IMG/VR virus record: IMGVR_UViG_3300020473_001965
Coordinates: 171,673 to 235,672 of that record
Direction: 5' to 3' (one strand)
DNA: 64,000 nt
Positions within the stretch are counted from its first letter, which is position 1; each line of letters opens with the position of its first letter. The notes under the pieces were generated by a model. It was not told where the DNA came from and searched no databases. It saw only the letters and a list, made by a program, of their open reading frames with translations. A program made the translations under genes and the position numbers. Shown in pieces: positions 37,071 through 46,155 of this stretch.

Positions 37071-39077
37071 CTATTTGTCTTCGTCCTCGTGGGACTCATT
37101 TAGTATTACGGATGTGTTATTACTTATCTTTTCGCCCAAGTTTTTTATAACAGATCGGATCTCATTATTAAACTTTGCATTTTTATCAAGCTGAGAGTCG
37201 AAAAAATCATCTAAAAATCCATCAGCTTCTTTCATTGTAAGGCTTCCAATTCTAGCTAGCTCTGCCCCGGGTGTCCTTGATCGTTTATTTTCACCTGTTG
37301 CTGAGGCGCCTAAATCTATTGCTGGTACGCCTGTCTTTCCTGCGCGCCGGCGTCGGCGGTCATGACCTGTGACTTTTGAAGTAGGCTTTACTGGATTTTC
37401 ATCGTCTTCGTCATCGTCTTCGTCAAGTAAAAGATCATCGTCTTCGTCGTCGGCTTCATTAGCAATCATTTCTTCAAAAGTTTTTGAAGTTAAAAGGTCT
37501 GTTGTCCTCGGGGTGTAACCAGCTGTCTCTGTACCTGCGTCTTCGGGAGTTGGTTCATCTCCCCCTTCATCGCCGCCGCCGCCTTCGTCGCCGCCGCCGC
37601 CTCCGAAAATGTCGCCGCTTGGTGCTCCGAAGACACCACCGGGGGTGTCATCTGCTGCAGGTTCACCTTCGGCGGCGCCAGGAGGTTGAATCGATTCTAT
37701 CTCAAGCTCTCTTATCTTGTCTTGCTCTCTTCCCTCTTCGACTTCATCAATAGCTTCATCAGTTAAACCTATAATGTTTTTTCTAATCCATCTCTTGTCA
37801 ACAATACCTTCTGGTACTTGGCCGGCGATTTCCATTTTTGATCTAAACAGCTCTAGCTTTTGCTGCTGTGCTATTGTGCTTGGATTAGAAAGTCTAAGAT
37901 CAAAATCAATTAAGTCGTCACCGTCATAACCCTTTACATACAGTGTGATAATAGCAATCTTATTCAATTCGGCAATGATTGTTCGCTGAATCCTTGCAAT
38001 TGATCTTGAGAATCTTATATCTTCTTGAGCAAGAGTTGCTTTTGAAGAAAGAGCCTCATCGTAACCTAAGTAAGCTTTAGGGATTTTTAGTGCTGCAAAA
38101 AGCTTCTTCTGAACGTATTCAACATCGTTGATATCGTTTTGATTTGTTCCTCCTGCTAAAGTGTCAATTTTTGTCCCTGTTTCTGTACCACGCACTGGTA
38201 GAAAATAATCTTCATCAACAGAGAGTGGGTTATATCTCAAGTCAACTCGCCCAGTCTTTTTATCAACAACCTGACTTCTCTTGAGCGTCGTCTGAACTTG
38301 CTCCATATAGTTAGGGACTTCTTCAGGTGGGACGTTACCTACGTCAATGTAGAAAACTCTTCTTTCAGGTGATCTAATAACTCTATAAACAAGCATAGCA
38401 TCTTCAATAAGAATCAACTGCCTCCAGATTCGGCGGGCAGCTTCTAGAACTGATGATCCGTACGGTAAGAATGCATCGTTACCTAAAAGCCTAAAATGAG
38501 ATATTTGCCAGTTTTCAAGAATCTGGTTTCCTTGCGTTATCCATCGAAATCGCACTGCCATGGGGTCGTTAGGGTCGAAACCCTCTTCTCTCTCAAGCTC
38601 ATTTACTGGAATAGGGTACGCGTTAATTACCCCCTCGTCTGGATCTACATCATTAAACAAAAAGAAGTCGCCGTACTTGCATAAAGTTCTGACCCAAGAA
38701 GATAGATTAAAATCTACATTTATGACGTCATAAAAGAGTTCTTCAAGTATTCTCTGAATTTGAGGGTTTTCTGAATATATGTGAAGAACCCTTCCTTTTT
38801 CATCTGGGGCGGTAGACTCTTCTGAATATATGTCTAGAGCACTTGCAATTTCAGGCATATATTCCATTTCAGAAAAGTCTGCATATCTTGCAGTTCTATC
38901 ATATGACCCGTATGCGCTCATGGTATGAGAGTACACACCGCTTTGATTTCTCTTGAACGTGTCAAAAGGTGTATTCTTAGAAATAGTTTTGTATTTTTTT
39001 ACGCTTCTATTAACAGCAGGGCCTGACCTAAAAAGATTTGTCAGTCTCTTGAAAAGCGTTTTTTCGTCTTGCGCCAT
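37071..39077 (-). CDS. gp20: portal protein
   Basis: RRVFYIDVGN, EDYFLPVRG, IDTLAGG, KKLFAALKIPK; long acidic C-terminal extension. Confidence 0.95.
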   Translation of the reverse strand: MAQDEKTLFKRLTNLFRSGPAVNRSVKKYKTISKNTPFDTFKRNQSGVYSHTMSAYGSYDRTARYADFSEMEYMPEIASALDIYSEESTAPDEKGRVLHIYSENPQIQRILEELFYDVINVDFNLSSWVRTLCKYGDFFLFNDVDPDEGVINAYPIPVNELEREEGFDPNDPMAVRFRWITQGNQILENWQISHFRLLGNDAFLPYGSSVLEAARRIWRQLILIEDAMLVYRVIRSPERRVFYIDVGNVPPEEVPNYMEQVQTTLKRSQVVDKKTGRVDLRYNPLSVDEDYFLPVRGTETGTKIDTLAGGTNQNDINDVEYVQKKLFAALKIPKAYLGYDEALSSKATLAQEDIRFSRSIARIQRTIIAELNKIAIITLYVKGYDGDDLIDFDLRLSNPSTIAQQQKLELFRSKMEIAGQVPEGIVDKRWIRKNIIGLTDEAIDEVEEGREQDKIRELEIESIQPPGAAEGEPAADDTPGGVFGAPSGDIFGGGGGDEGGGGDEGGDEPTPEDAGTETAGYTPRTTDLLTSKTFEEMIANEADDEDDDLLLDEDDDEDDENPVKPTSKVTGHDRRRRRAGKTGVPAIDLGASATGENKRSRTPGAELARIGSLTMKEADGFLDDFFDSQLDKNAKFNNEIRSVIKNLGEKISNNTSVILNESHEDEDK

Positions 39078-39080
39078 TTT

Positions 39081-40703
39081 TTACTTCCACAACCAGTCAA
39101 AGTCAACCGGTATTTTATTGCTTGTTGTTTTATCTGCGTCCTTGTCAACGTCACTATTGCTTGTTGAAATTGGCATAAACGGATTAAGCCGATCAGTTAA
39201 ATGTCCAGTAACATTTTTATCTCGATATTGATTTCTAGTAAATTTCATTCCCTGGAGCATCGCTTTATTTAGTGCCATAGCATCTTTACTGTAATCGGAA
39301 GATGTGTCATAAAGCCAGACACCTATTGCCAAACTCATGACTAGATCATCATTATACCCTTTCATAGCTTGAGGTTTATTGTTTTTCCAAACGAAAGTCT
39401 TGAGTTCTTCATAAAGCCTGCTAGAGTAGATCTTTATTTCTTTGTTTCTTAGGACTTCTTCAAGCTTTGTAAGTATTTGATTTCTAGATTTTCTTTGTGT
39501 ATCAAAGCCGGCTTTGTCTGTGTCATACCCAGGCGTGTAAGCGCCGATATAAACAGACTTTCTGTTTCGATAATAAAGTTTCGGATAATTTAACTCTTTT
39601 AATTTTAAAATTGTTGCGTATCCGAACGAATTGTTTTCAGGAACCATTAACGCATTATTATATTTTGTTCCCCAATCGAATAGTAATTGTGCAAATCTAT
39701 CAGGAGGTATTTTTCCTTTATATTCAGCTACAATCTCAGCAGTTGCTGTATCAAGTATGTGAAAAGTTGAAAAATCTTTTGCATCTCCTCTAGCAATATC
39801 TGCAGACACAATATATTGATGTGCGCTCAAAGGCTGTTTCCAAACCCAAACGCACCGTGCCGGACCGTCTCGAAATGAAGGTGCTTGAATCATGTTTGCA
39901 ACCCATTCGATATCCTCGTTGGTCAAGAATGTTTCACCTGAAGATGCGAAATCGCAGTTTAGCTCTTGAGCTATCTGCCTTTTTGTCATATTGCTGGTTT
40001 CTTTTTTGAACCAGTCGTCATCGCGCTCTGGGTGGACGTCCCAAGGTAACGTTATAGGATTAAAATCATTTAGATTATCCAATGCATCTGTGTACAATTT
40101 ATGGTACTGTCCACCTACTCCATTGGGTGTTGATAAGATTACAGCGCGTCCACCAGTAGATAGTGTAGGATATAACCCCATCCACAATTCATCAAAGTTT
40201 CTAACAAATGCGGCCTCATCGATAATCAAAAGTGAAAGAGCTTCAGATCGGCCGGCGTCGTCTGATGTGGGTATCGCTTTTATTGAAGATCCGTGACTAA
40301 ATTCTATAGACTGCTTATTGTCTGCAACTATCTCAGGCAGTATCAACCACTTGGGTAACGACCTTATTAAGACTTTAACTTTTCTAATAAAGTTTTGAGC
40401 GACTGCAAGTTTTGTCGCAATGATTAGAATATTTTTATCTTTATGAAAGAGGGCTAACCACGCTGCGTAAGATGCAGTTAATGTTGATAGGCCTAATTGT
40501 CTTGCTTTAACTACTACATTAAATCTGTGATTTATAAAATCTTGAACACAATCATCTTGGAAGTCAAACGTCTTGAATGGTATTAAGCCCCTAGTAGGGT
40601 GCTGGATCTTAACGTACTTGTTGAAAAAGTATTTTGGATCTTTACCACACTTAATAATTTCTTTGACTTGGTAGTTTTTAGATGGTTGCTTACTAGCCGG
40701 CAT
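39081..40703 (-). CDS. gp17: terminase large subunit
   Basis: KARQLGLST Walker A, LLIIDEAAF Walker B, STPNG, nuclease ADIARG...DFS and NDDLVMS. Confidence 0.96.
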   Translation of the reverse strand: MPASKQPSKNYQVKEIIKCGKDPKYFFNKYVKIQHPTRGLIPFKTFDFQDDCVQDFINHRFNVVVKARQLGLSTLTASYAAWLALFHKDKNILIIATKLAVAQNFIRKVKVLIRSLPKWLILPEIVADNKQSIEFSHGSSIKAIPTSDDAGRSEALSLLIIDEAAFVRNFDELWMGLYPTLSTGGRAVILSTPNGVGGQYHKLYTDALDNLNDFNPITLPWDVHPERDDDWFKKETSNMTKRQIAQELNCDFASSGETFLTNEDIEWVANMIQAPSFRDGPARCVWVWKQPLSAHQYIVSADIARGDAKDFSTFHILDTATAEIVAEYKGKIPPDRFAQLLFDWGTKYNNALMVPENNSFGYATILKLKELNYPKLYYRNRKSVYIGAYTPGYDTDKAGFDTQRKSRNQILTKLEEVLRNKEIKIYSSRLYEELKTFVWKNNKPQAMKGYNDDLVMSLAIGVWLYDTSSDYSKDAMALNKAMLQGMKFTRNQYRDKNVTGHLTDRLNPFMPISTSNSDVDKDADKTTSNKIPVDFDWLWK

Positions 40704-40704
40704 A

Positions 40705-41091
40705 CTACTCTACTTCAAAAAGTGTTTTTCGCCTGTAATAAGCAGTCTTTCTAGGGCTGTGAGGGGAAGCATTGATTACTTCAATGCTGTCTTCGGATGT
40801 AAGTTGTTTTGTCTTTAAAGATCGTCCAGCTGCTTCCTTAAAGTCTTTCTTAACTTCTTTCATTTTATTGTTTGTAGCTTGAGTTGATTCATTTTCGAAT
40901 GCCTTCTTTTGATCTCTCATGCTAGATTCACTTGCAAATGTCACAATAGATGTATAATCAACACAGAGTCGATTCGGATCAGAACCATAAAGAGAACACT
41001 TCACAGAAGCAACAGGAGAAAGTGTCGAAGATTTACCGTAAGTTGAATTTAAAATTTGTCCTAGAACATGGATGTCTTGTACTGATAGCAT
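40705..41091 (-). CDS. hypothetical protein upstream of terminase
   Basis: 128 aa, GGAG SD, ATATTTA motif at 41121-41115. Confidence 0.7.
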   Translation of the reverse strand: MLSVQDIHVLGQILNSTYGKSSTLSPVASVKCSLYGSDPNRLCVDYTSIVTFASESSMRDQKKAFENESTQATNNKMKEVKKDFKEAAGRSLKTKQLTSEDSIEVINASPHSPRKTAYYRRKTLFEVE

Positions 41092-41131
41092 TATGTTAAC
41101 TCCAAAAGTCGTTATAAATATTCACTGTGTT

Positions 41132-41434
41132 TTAAAACTTTAAGTCTGCAATCGATATCTTTCTATTCTGCAGATCTTTCTCGACCACATCTTTTGGTGG
41201 GCGTGCACCTGAAAGCCATGCGTCTCTATCTAAATATGCATAATTTACTTCACAATTTGAACAGCACTTGCTATTATTATAAGACTCTAAGTCAAGTGTA
41301 GAATTAAACATTACATCACACACTGGACACTCTGCAGGTAGAATCATTATTTTCTTTTTTGGTTTTATAATAGTAAGGCCGTCAGAATTAATTCTGTATT
41401 TCCTGTCTTTATCCAAAGATTTCCATTGCATCAT
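41132..41434 (-). CDS. hypothetical protein with CxxC...CxxC motif
   Basis: CPVC and CSNC; coupled to the sbcCD stop codon. Confidence 0.6.
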   Translation of the reverse strand: MMQWKSLDKDRKYRINSDGLTIIKPKKKIMILPAECPVCDVMFNSTLDLESYNNSKCCSNCEVNYAYLDRDAWLSGARPPKDVVEKDLQNRKISIADLKF

Positions 41435-44400
41435 TACTCCACAAAAACATAAGAGTCTTTACTCTTTCTTGTAATATCAATTACATTGTCAACAACATCT
41501 TTAACTGCGTCTACGTGAGATATTACTAAAATATGATGAAACCATTTTTTCAAAGATTCAAGAAGTCTATTGCAAGCCTCTACGTTCATTTCATCTAGCG
41601 CCCCAAATCCTTCATCAATAATCAAAAGATCAGTCTTTGGCAAAGACGAAACATTGATAAGTGCAACTCTAATTGCCAAAGACGCCATCATCTTCTCCAT
41701 TCCTGAAGCCAACTCTATTACACGCTTAGAATCTCCGTAATTAATGTATATGTCCATCTGATTTGAATTCTTATCTGCCTCTAGTTCTACTGTAAAACCT
41801 ACGACTCCCTGAAGAATTTTTGCAATCTCAGAATTAATAGAAGGTAGTTGTGACATGATTATTTGAAGCGGTATACCTTTTTTCGACATTGCATTGTTGA
41901 AAAGATCGTATATTTTTAACTTCTTTTTTAAGTCAATGAATTTTTCTTTCTCTTCTTTTAAGGAATTTAGATTGCTTTCCATCTTGCCGACAGATTCTGC
42001 CAGCGATATCCTCAAAGAGTCAGAGTTGTTTATTTTTTCTGTTAACTCTTCTATTTTTGTTTTTAACTCCAAGAGTTTTTCATCTACAGATATATCAAGT
42101 ACCTTTGACTCCAAATCTGAGAGTGTTTCTTTTGCAACTACTAGTTTCTCTCTCTTGTTTTTCAATGCGCTCGCATTATTCTTCTTTTTAAACTTTAAGT
42201 CATTTCTTTCAGACTTTAGCTCGACTTCTTGTTGCAATACCTTGTTGTATTTAGAAAGTTTTTCTTCGAGCTTCTCTTCTTTAAAAAGTTCTATTGCCTT
42301 CTCTGTCGCCTCAAATTGACCTTCTAGTGTTTCAATTAGCTCTCTTTGACTCCCTATCTTTAATTTGCTCTTGTGAGAGTCTTTTATAAACTTGCATGTA
42401 GGAAAAGAATCTCCGCATGGTACTTCAGACAGATGCTTTACAGACTTTTCTTGATTAGATAGTCGTGTTTTCTCTTTATCAAGTGTTGCTTTGATTTCTA
42501 TGAAACTAGTTTCAACTTGACGCTGCTCCCTAATCCTCTGATTAAGATCTTCACGAGAAAACAAGCCCTGAAAATTTTCTATCTTTTTAAGCTTTTCATC
42601 GACATGCTTAATCTCTAAGTCAAGTTCGCTGTTCTTATTTTCTAAATCTAGAATATCCTCTTCGATTCTTGTGGTCAATTTTTTCTGTGAATCTACGTCA
42701 TGATGCGTTACTACATCGGCATCATCAAACTTTGACAGAGATAATTTTAAATCTTGAAGCTTTGCTCTGTCTGTGTCTATTCGAAGCTGTGTTTTAACAA
42801 TCTGCTCTCTTTTCTTATCTAGTGATTGTTTAACATCATAAATGGCTACATCCCAATCTCGATCTGGAACATTTTTCAAAGCACTCTGAAGGTCTCTTGA
42901 CTCTTCTTTTGACGAATCCAGCATTTTTTCGAAGATTTCTAGGTCAAGAAACTTGGTAAGAATCATTTTTCTTGATGTCGCCCGCTCTCTAATGAAATTA
43001 TTCATCTGGCCTTGGGACGCCAAAGACGTCATAAGAAAGTCATCAGCAGTCCCCAAAAGTCTGCGCAGAACTTTTTCTGTTTCTCTACGCTGTTCTTCTG
43101 TCATGTCTTGAATCATCTCGCCATCGAGCCCGGTTCGATAGAAATTTAAGTGAGTTGTAGCATTAACTTGACCGCTTCTATTTTGATGCTTGACTGATTG
43201 GCGCTCTGTCCTATAGTTTTTACCATTTATTCCCAAGTCTATTTCTACCTTGCAATGACCTTTTCTACTATTAATGACATGAACGTTTTTAATTGGGCCT
43301 CGATCTGTAGTGTTGTAAAGGCCGTACATCAATGTTCCGATGATTGATGATTTTCCAGATCTATTTTTTCCAAATATTCCCGTAATTCCCGGCAGTGTCT
43401 CAAAGTTTATATAGTTTCCTTTGCCATATCCAAAAACATTGTCAAACTTCATAGACTTGATAGACCACTTTGTGTTTCTAGTAACGGCCGTGTCAAAAAC
43501 GGCTGCTTGGCTATGCTTTGAAACCAAATCTTCAAGAGTTTTCCACTCGTCTTCTTTTAAGACCGCACCTTTGTAATACTCTTTCATCAATAATTGAAGT
43601 GTCTTTTCGGATCGCAAATCTTTAATTGCACTACCTTCTTTGGAAGTTCTTAAAGATGTCTCACCAAAGTCGACGTCATATTTGTATACGATTTCTGTAG
43701 CTTCTTTAACATGTTTCAACTCTGAATGCAGATGAACGATATCGGTTTGATTTATTTGGTTTTCAGATTTTACTCGAAATCTTGCTCCATCTGGGTGCTT
43801 TCTTGCTTCTTCCATCGTGTCAGGAACATTTCCCTTCCACTCGATTGTGACAAAGGGCATGGTGTGGTGTACTTCATAAAACTTACTAGTATACTCATCT
43901 TTAGATTTAATATCCCAAAATAAAAACCCTTTACCCGGATCTTCACCGTAGTTTTGCTGAATTGTTGAGCCGCAATAAGCTATGCGTTTTTCATCGTCGA
44001 GATATTGCATCTTGTGGATATCGCCCAACAGTGCAAATTCATATTCATCAAAAAAACTAGTCTTTACTTCACCTTCGATGTTCCAGTTAATATCAGTCTT
44101 TGATCCTAAAACACCGCCGTGAAAAAGTGCGATATTAACGTCTCCCGGAACAGGTTTGACAGATTCCCAGTTTTCTTCATCAAAACAAGAAAAGACGCAC
44201 CAATTAAATCCTGCAACGCCTGTTGGGTATGTTCCTGACTTTTTATATAGATAAATGTTCGGATTATTCAAGGCTTTGACAATAGGTGTTATTGCGTCTT
44301 GCCGATCTTTGTTTAAAATCAGACCGTCATGATTACCTAAGATAACATGTGTAGGAGCAATTTCAGCAAGACCCTGGAACCACCAGGACAAAACATCTAT

Positions 44401-44571
44401 TAATTCTGGAGAGATTCCCTGAGTTTTGGAGTGTACTATGTCTCCGCCTACATAAATTACATCAGGCTTTTGTGCTTTTGCTTTTTTAAAAAAGTCTTTG
44501 AAAGCATCTACGTACTCTTTGTGTCGCGATAGTCCCCTAAAGTGAACATCAGCTATGTGTATTATTTTCAT
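41434..44571 (-). CDS. fused SbcD/Mre11 nuclease - SbcC/Rad50 ATPase (gp47-gp46 fusion)
   Basis: N-terminal DVH, GGD, GNHD, FHG, GDIH phosphoesterase motifs; GKNRSGKSS Walker A, coiled coil, ASGME signature, IIDEGFGALD Walker B in one frame. Confidence 0.92.
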   Translation of the reverse strand: MKIIHIADVHFRGLSRHKEYVDAFKDFFKKAKAQKPDVIYVGGDIVHSKTQGISPELIDVLSWWFQGLAEIAPTHVILGNHDGLILNKDRQDAITPIVKALNNPNIYLYKKSGTYPTGVAGFNWCVFSCFDEENWESVKPVPGDVNIALFHGGVLGSKTDINWNIEGEVKTSFFDEYEFALLGDIHKMQYLDDEKRIAYCGSTIQQNYGEDPGKGFLFWDIKSKDEYTSKFYEVHHTMPFVTIEWKGNVPDTMEEARKHPDGARFRVKSENQINQTDIVHLHSELKHVKEATEIVYKYDVDFGETSLRTSKEGSAIKDLRSEKTLQLLMKEYYKGAVLKEDEWKTLEDLVSKHSQAAVFDTAVTRNTKWSIKSMKFDNVFGYGKGNYINFETLPGITGIFGKNRSGKSSIIGTLMYGLYNTTDRGPIKNVHVINSRKGHCKVEIDLGINGKNYRTERQSVKHQNRSGQVNATTHLNFYRTGLDGEMIQDMTEEQRRETEKVLRRLLGTADDFLMTSLASQGQMNNFIRERATSRKMILTKFLDLEIFEKMLDSSKEESRDLQSALKNVPDRDWDVAIYDVKQSLDKKREQIVKTQLRIDTDRAKLQDLKLSLSKFDDADVVTHHDVDSQKKLTTRIEEDILDLENKNSELDLEIKHVDEKLKKIENFQGLFSREDLNQRIREQRQVETSFIEIKATLDKEKTRLSNQEKSVKHLSEVPCGDSFPTCKFIKDSHKSKLKIGSQRELIETLEGQFEATEKAIELFKEEKLEEKLSKYNKVLQQEVELKSERNDLKFKKKNNASALKNKREKLVVAKETLSDLESKVLDISVDEKLLELKTKIEELTEKINNSDSLRISLAESVGKMESNLNSLKEEKEKFIDLKKKLKIYDLFNNAMSKKGIPLQIIMSQLPSINSEIAKILQGVVGFTVELEADKNSNQMDIYINYGDSKRVIELASGMEKMMASLAIRVALINVSSLPKTDLLIIDEGFGALDEMNVEACNRLLESLKKWFHHILVISHVDAVKDVVDNVIDITRKSKDSYVFVE

Positions 44572-44585
44572 ACCGCACCAAATAA

Positions 44586-44615
44586 ACTATAAATAAAGCT
44601 ATTCATAATGTTCAA
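44586..44615 (-). promoter_or_regulatory. sigma70-like promoter for the sbcCD fusion
   Basis: TTGAAC (44615-44610), 18 nt, TATAGT (44591-44586). Confidence 0.5.
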
Positions 44616-44619
44616 AAGA

Positions 44620-45597
44620 TTATATCTTTATAGAACTAGAGGTTATTATCCCGCCTATTAAGTCGAATAACTTGTCTGTTGATCTCCAGGGTTTAGCAGA
44701 TTGTTTTAGTTTTAAAAACTCAGATGTTGTCATTTCTCCAACATCATCATGCCCAGACGTGTCTAATATTCTTACAGGGACATCATAACTAGATAGGCAG
44801 CTAGCTATCTTCTGAGTCTTTTGAGACATGTCACTATCTAAAGCCAAAACGATGGGTGTCTTGTTTGATATTATCCTGTTAAATAAAATAGAGTCTTCAG
44901 AGAGAGAAGATCCTAAAAGACACGTAGCGTTTTCATCGCACTTCATCAGGTCAAAAGGTCCTTCGACTAGCGTCAATTCTCTTGTCCAGTCAATGTTAAT
45001 TTCGTTAAAAATTATCTGAGTTCGTGGAACTTTTGCATTAATATAGCGCCGGGTCTCATCTTTGTCGATGGATCTTCCAACATAGTAGTTTGTCTTTCCT
45101 TCAAAATCAAACGAAGGAATTACAACGCGCCTACGAAATCTCCCGGAAGTGCAAGATCCTAATCTATAGTACCATAAATCTCTACTTGACAGTCCCCTAC
45201 GCGTAACGTAACGTATCACAGCACGGAGATCTGGGTCAAGAGATTTTTGACATGTTCCTAAAAGAACAAACCCGTCAGGTAAGTTGACGTCAACTGAATC
45301 TTCTTCTTGTTCATTGTTATCCGAAATTAGCTTTGCAGTGCAAAACTTACTGTAGTACTCTTCCAAATGCGTTCTAGAAAAGAACTTCTTGATGATGGGT
45401 GCAAGAGATCTGGACTTAAGTCCACATATCCAGCAGTGTGTAACGTCTGTGTCTATTCGAATTGAAAGTTTCTTCTTAGATGGATTTCTCTCTCCGCATT
45501 TGGGACACTGCACGGCTACATTTATTCCGTCGGAAGATACGACACATTTCCCAAAAACTTTTTGAATAAAGTCTATTTTTTCTTTCGAAGAATACAA
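44620..45597 (-). CDS. dnaG: DNA primase (Zn finger + TOPRIM)
   Basis: CPKC...CWIC; LVEGPFD, LALDSD, HDDVGE. Confidence 0.85.
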   Translation of the reverse strand: MYSSKEKIDFIQKVFGKCVVSSDGINVAVQCPKCGERNPSKKKLSIRIDTDVTHCWICGLKSRSLAPIIKKFFSRTHLEEYYSKFCTAKLISDNNEQEEDSVDVNLPDGFVLLGTCQKSLDPDLRAVIRYVTRRGLSSRDLWYYRLGSCTSGRFRRRVVIPSFDFEGKTNYYVGRSIDKDETRRYINAKVPRTQIIFNEINIDWTRELTLVEGPFDLMKCDENATCLLGSSLSEDSILFNRIISNKTPIVLALDSDMSQKTQKIASCLSSYDVPVRILDTSGHDDVGEMTTSEFLKLKQSAKPWRSTDKLFDLIGGIITSSSIKI

Positions 45598-45600
45598 TTT

Positions 45601-46155
45601 CTATATCATCATTCCGGCTTTGCATATCACATATGCATCAGACATATCGTAAGCTGCCGGATCTAAAATTCTTTGCCCTACACGCGGACCTGACTTAAGA
45701 ATTTTATACGGCCACTCTACCTTTGTATTAGATGATTCTGTATCTTGATCTACCCAAACATGGACCTGCTCTTTAGTTGATAAATCTGATTTTCTATTGA
45801 TTTTCAAACCTAGAGTCTTTCTAGCTGTGTTAACGTTAATATAGACCGGATCTTTTCCTGTCAATACTGACATTTCGTATGATACCATCCCATTGAATCT
45901 GGCTAGTGTCAACAACGTTTTTGCTGAACTTCCACCTGGGCGAAATGCTTGAAGATTCTCTTCAACATAGACACATTCTATCGGATGTGTACGAATAACT
46001 TCCGATAGTTCATCTGAGATGTCTGACACCCTGCTGAATAAACTCTTCTTGTTATCTAACCTAATATATCCTAATCTTATTAGCAAACCCTCAGAGTTAA
46101 ACAGAGAGTATCCCGTACAACTAGTTGAAATGTCTAACCCTAAAAAGAAACCCAT
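45601..46155 (-). CDS. ruvC: RuvC-like Holliday junction resolvase
   Basis: LGLDISTSCTG, VYVEE, DMSDAYVI acidic tetrad. Confidence 0.8.
   Translation of the reverse strand: MGFFLGLDISTSCTGYSLFNSEGLLIRLGYIRLDNKKSLFSRVSDISDELSEVIRTHPIECVYVEENLQAFRPGGSSAKTLLTLARFNGMVSYEMSVLTGKDPVYINVNTARKTLGLKINRKSDLSTKEQVHVWVDQDTESSNTKVEWPYKILKSGPRVGQRILDPAAYDMSDAYVICKAGMMI

Noticed and set aside
37560-37605. GCC/CGCCGC microsatellite-like run
   Set aside because: Simply encodes the Gly-rich linker of the portal tail
24350-44594. TATAAATA on the plus strand (near 24350, 41113, 44588) as T4 late promoters for plus-strand genes
   Set aside because: No credible plus-strand genes follow; two are the reverse reading of the ATANTTA motif and one overlaps a sigma70-like element
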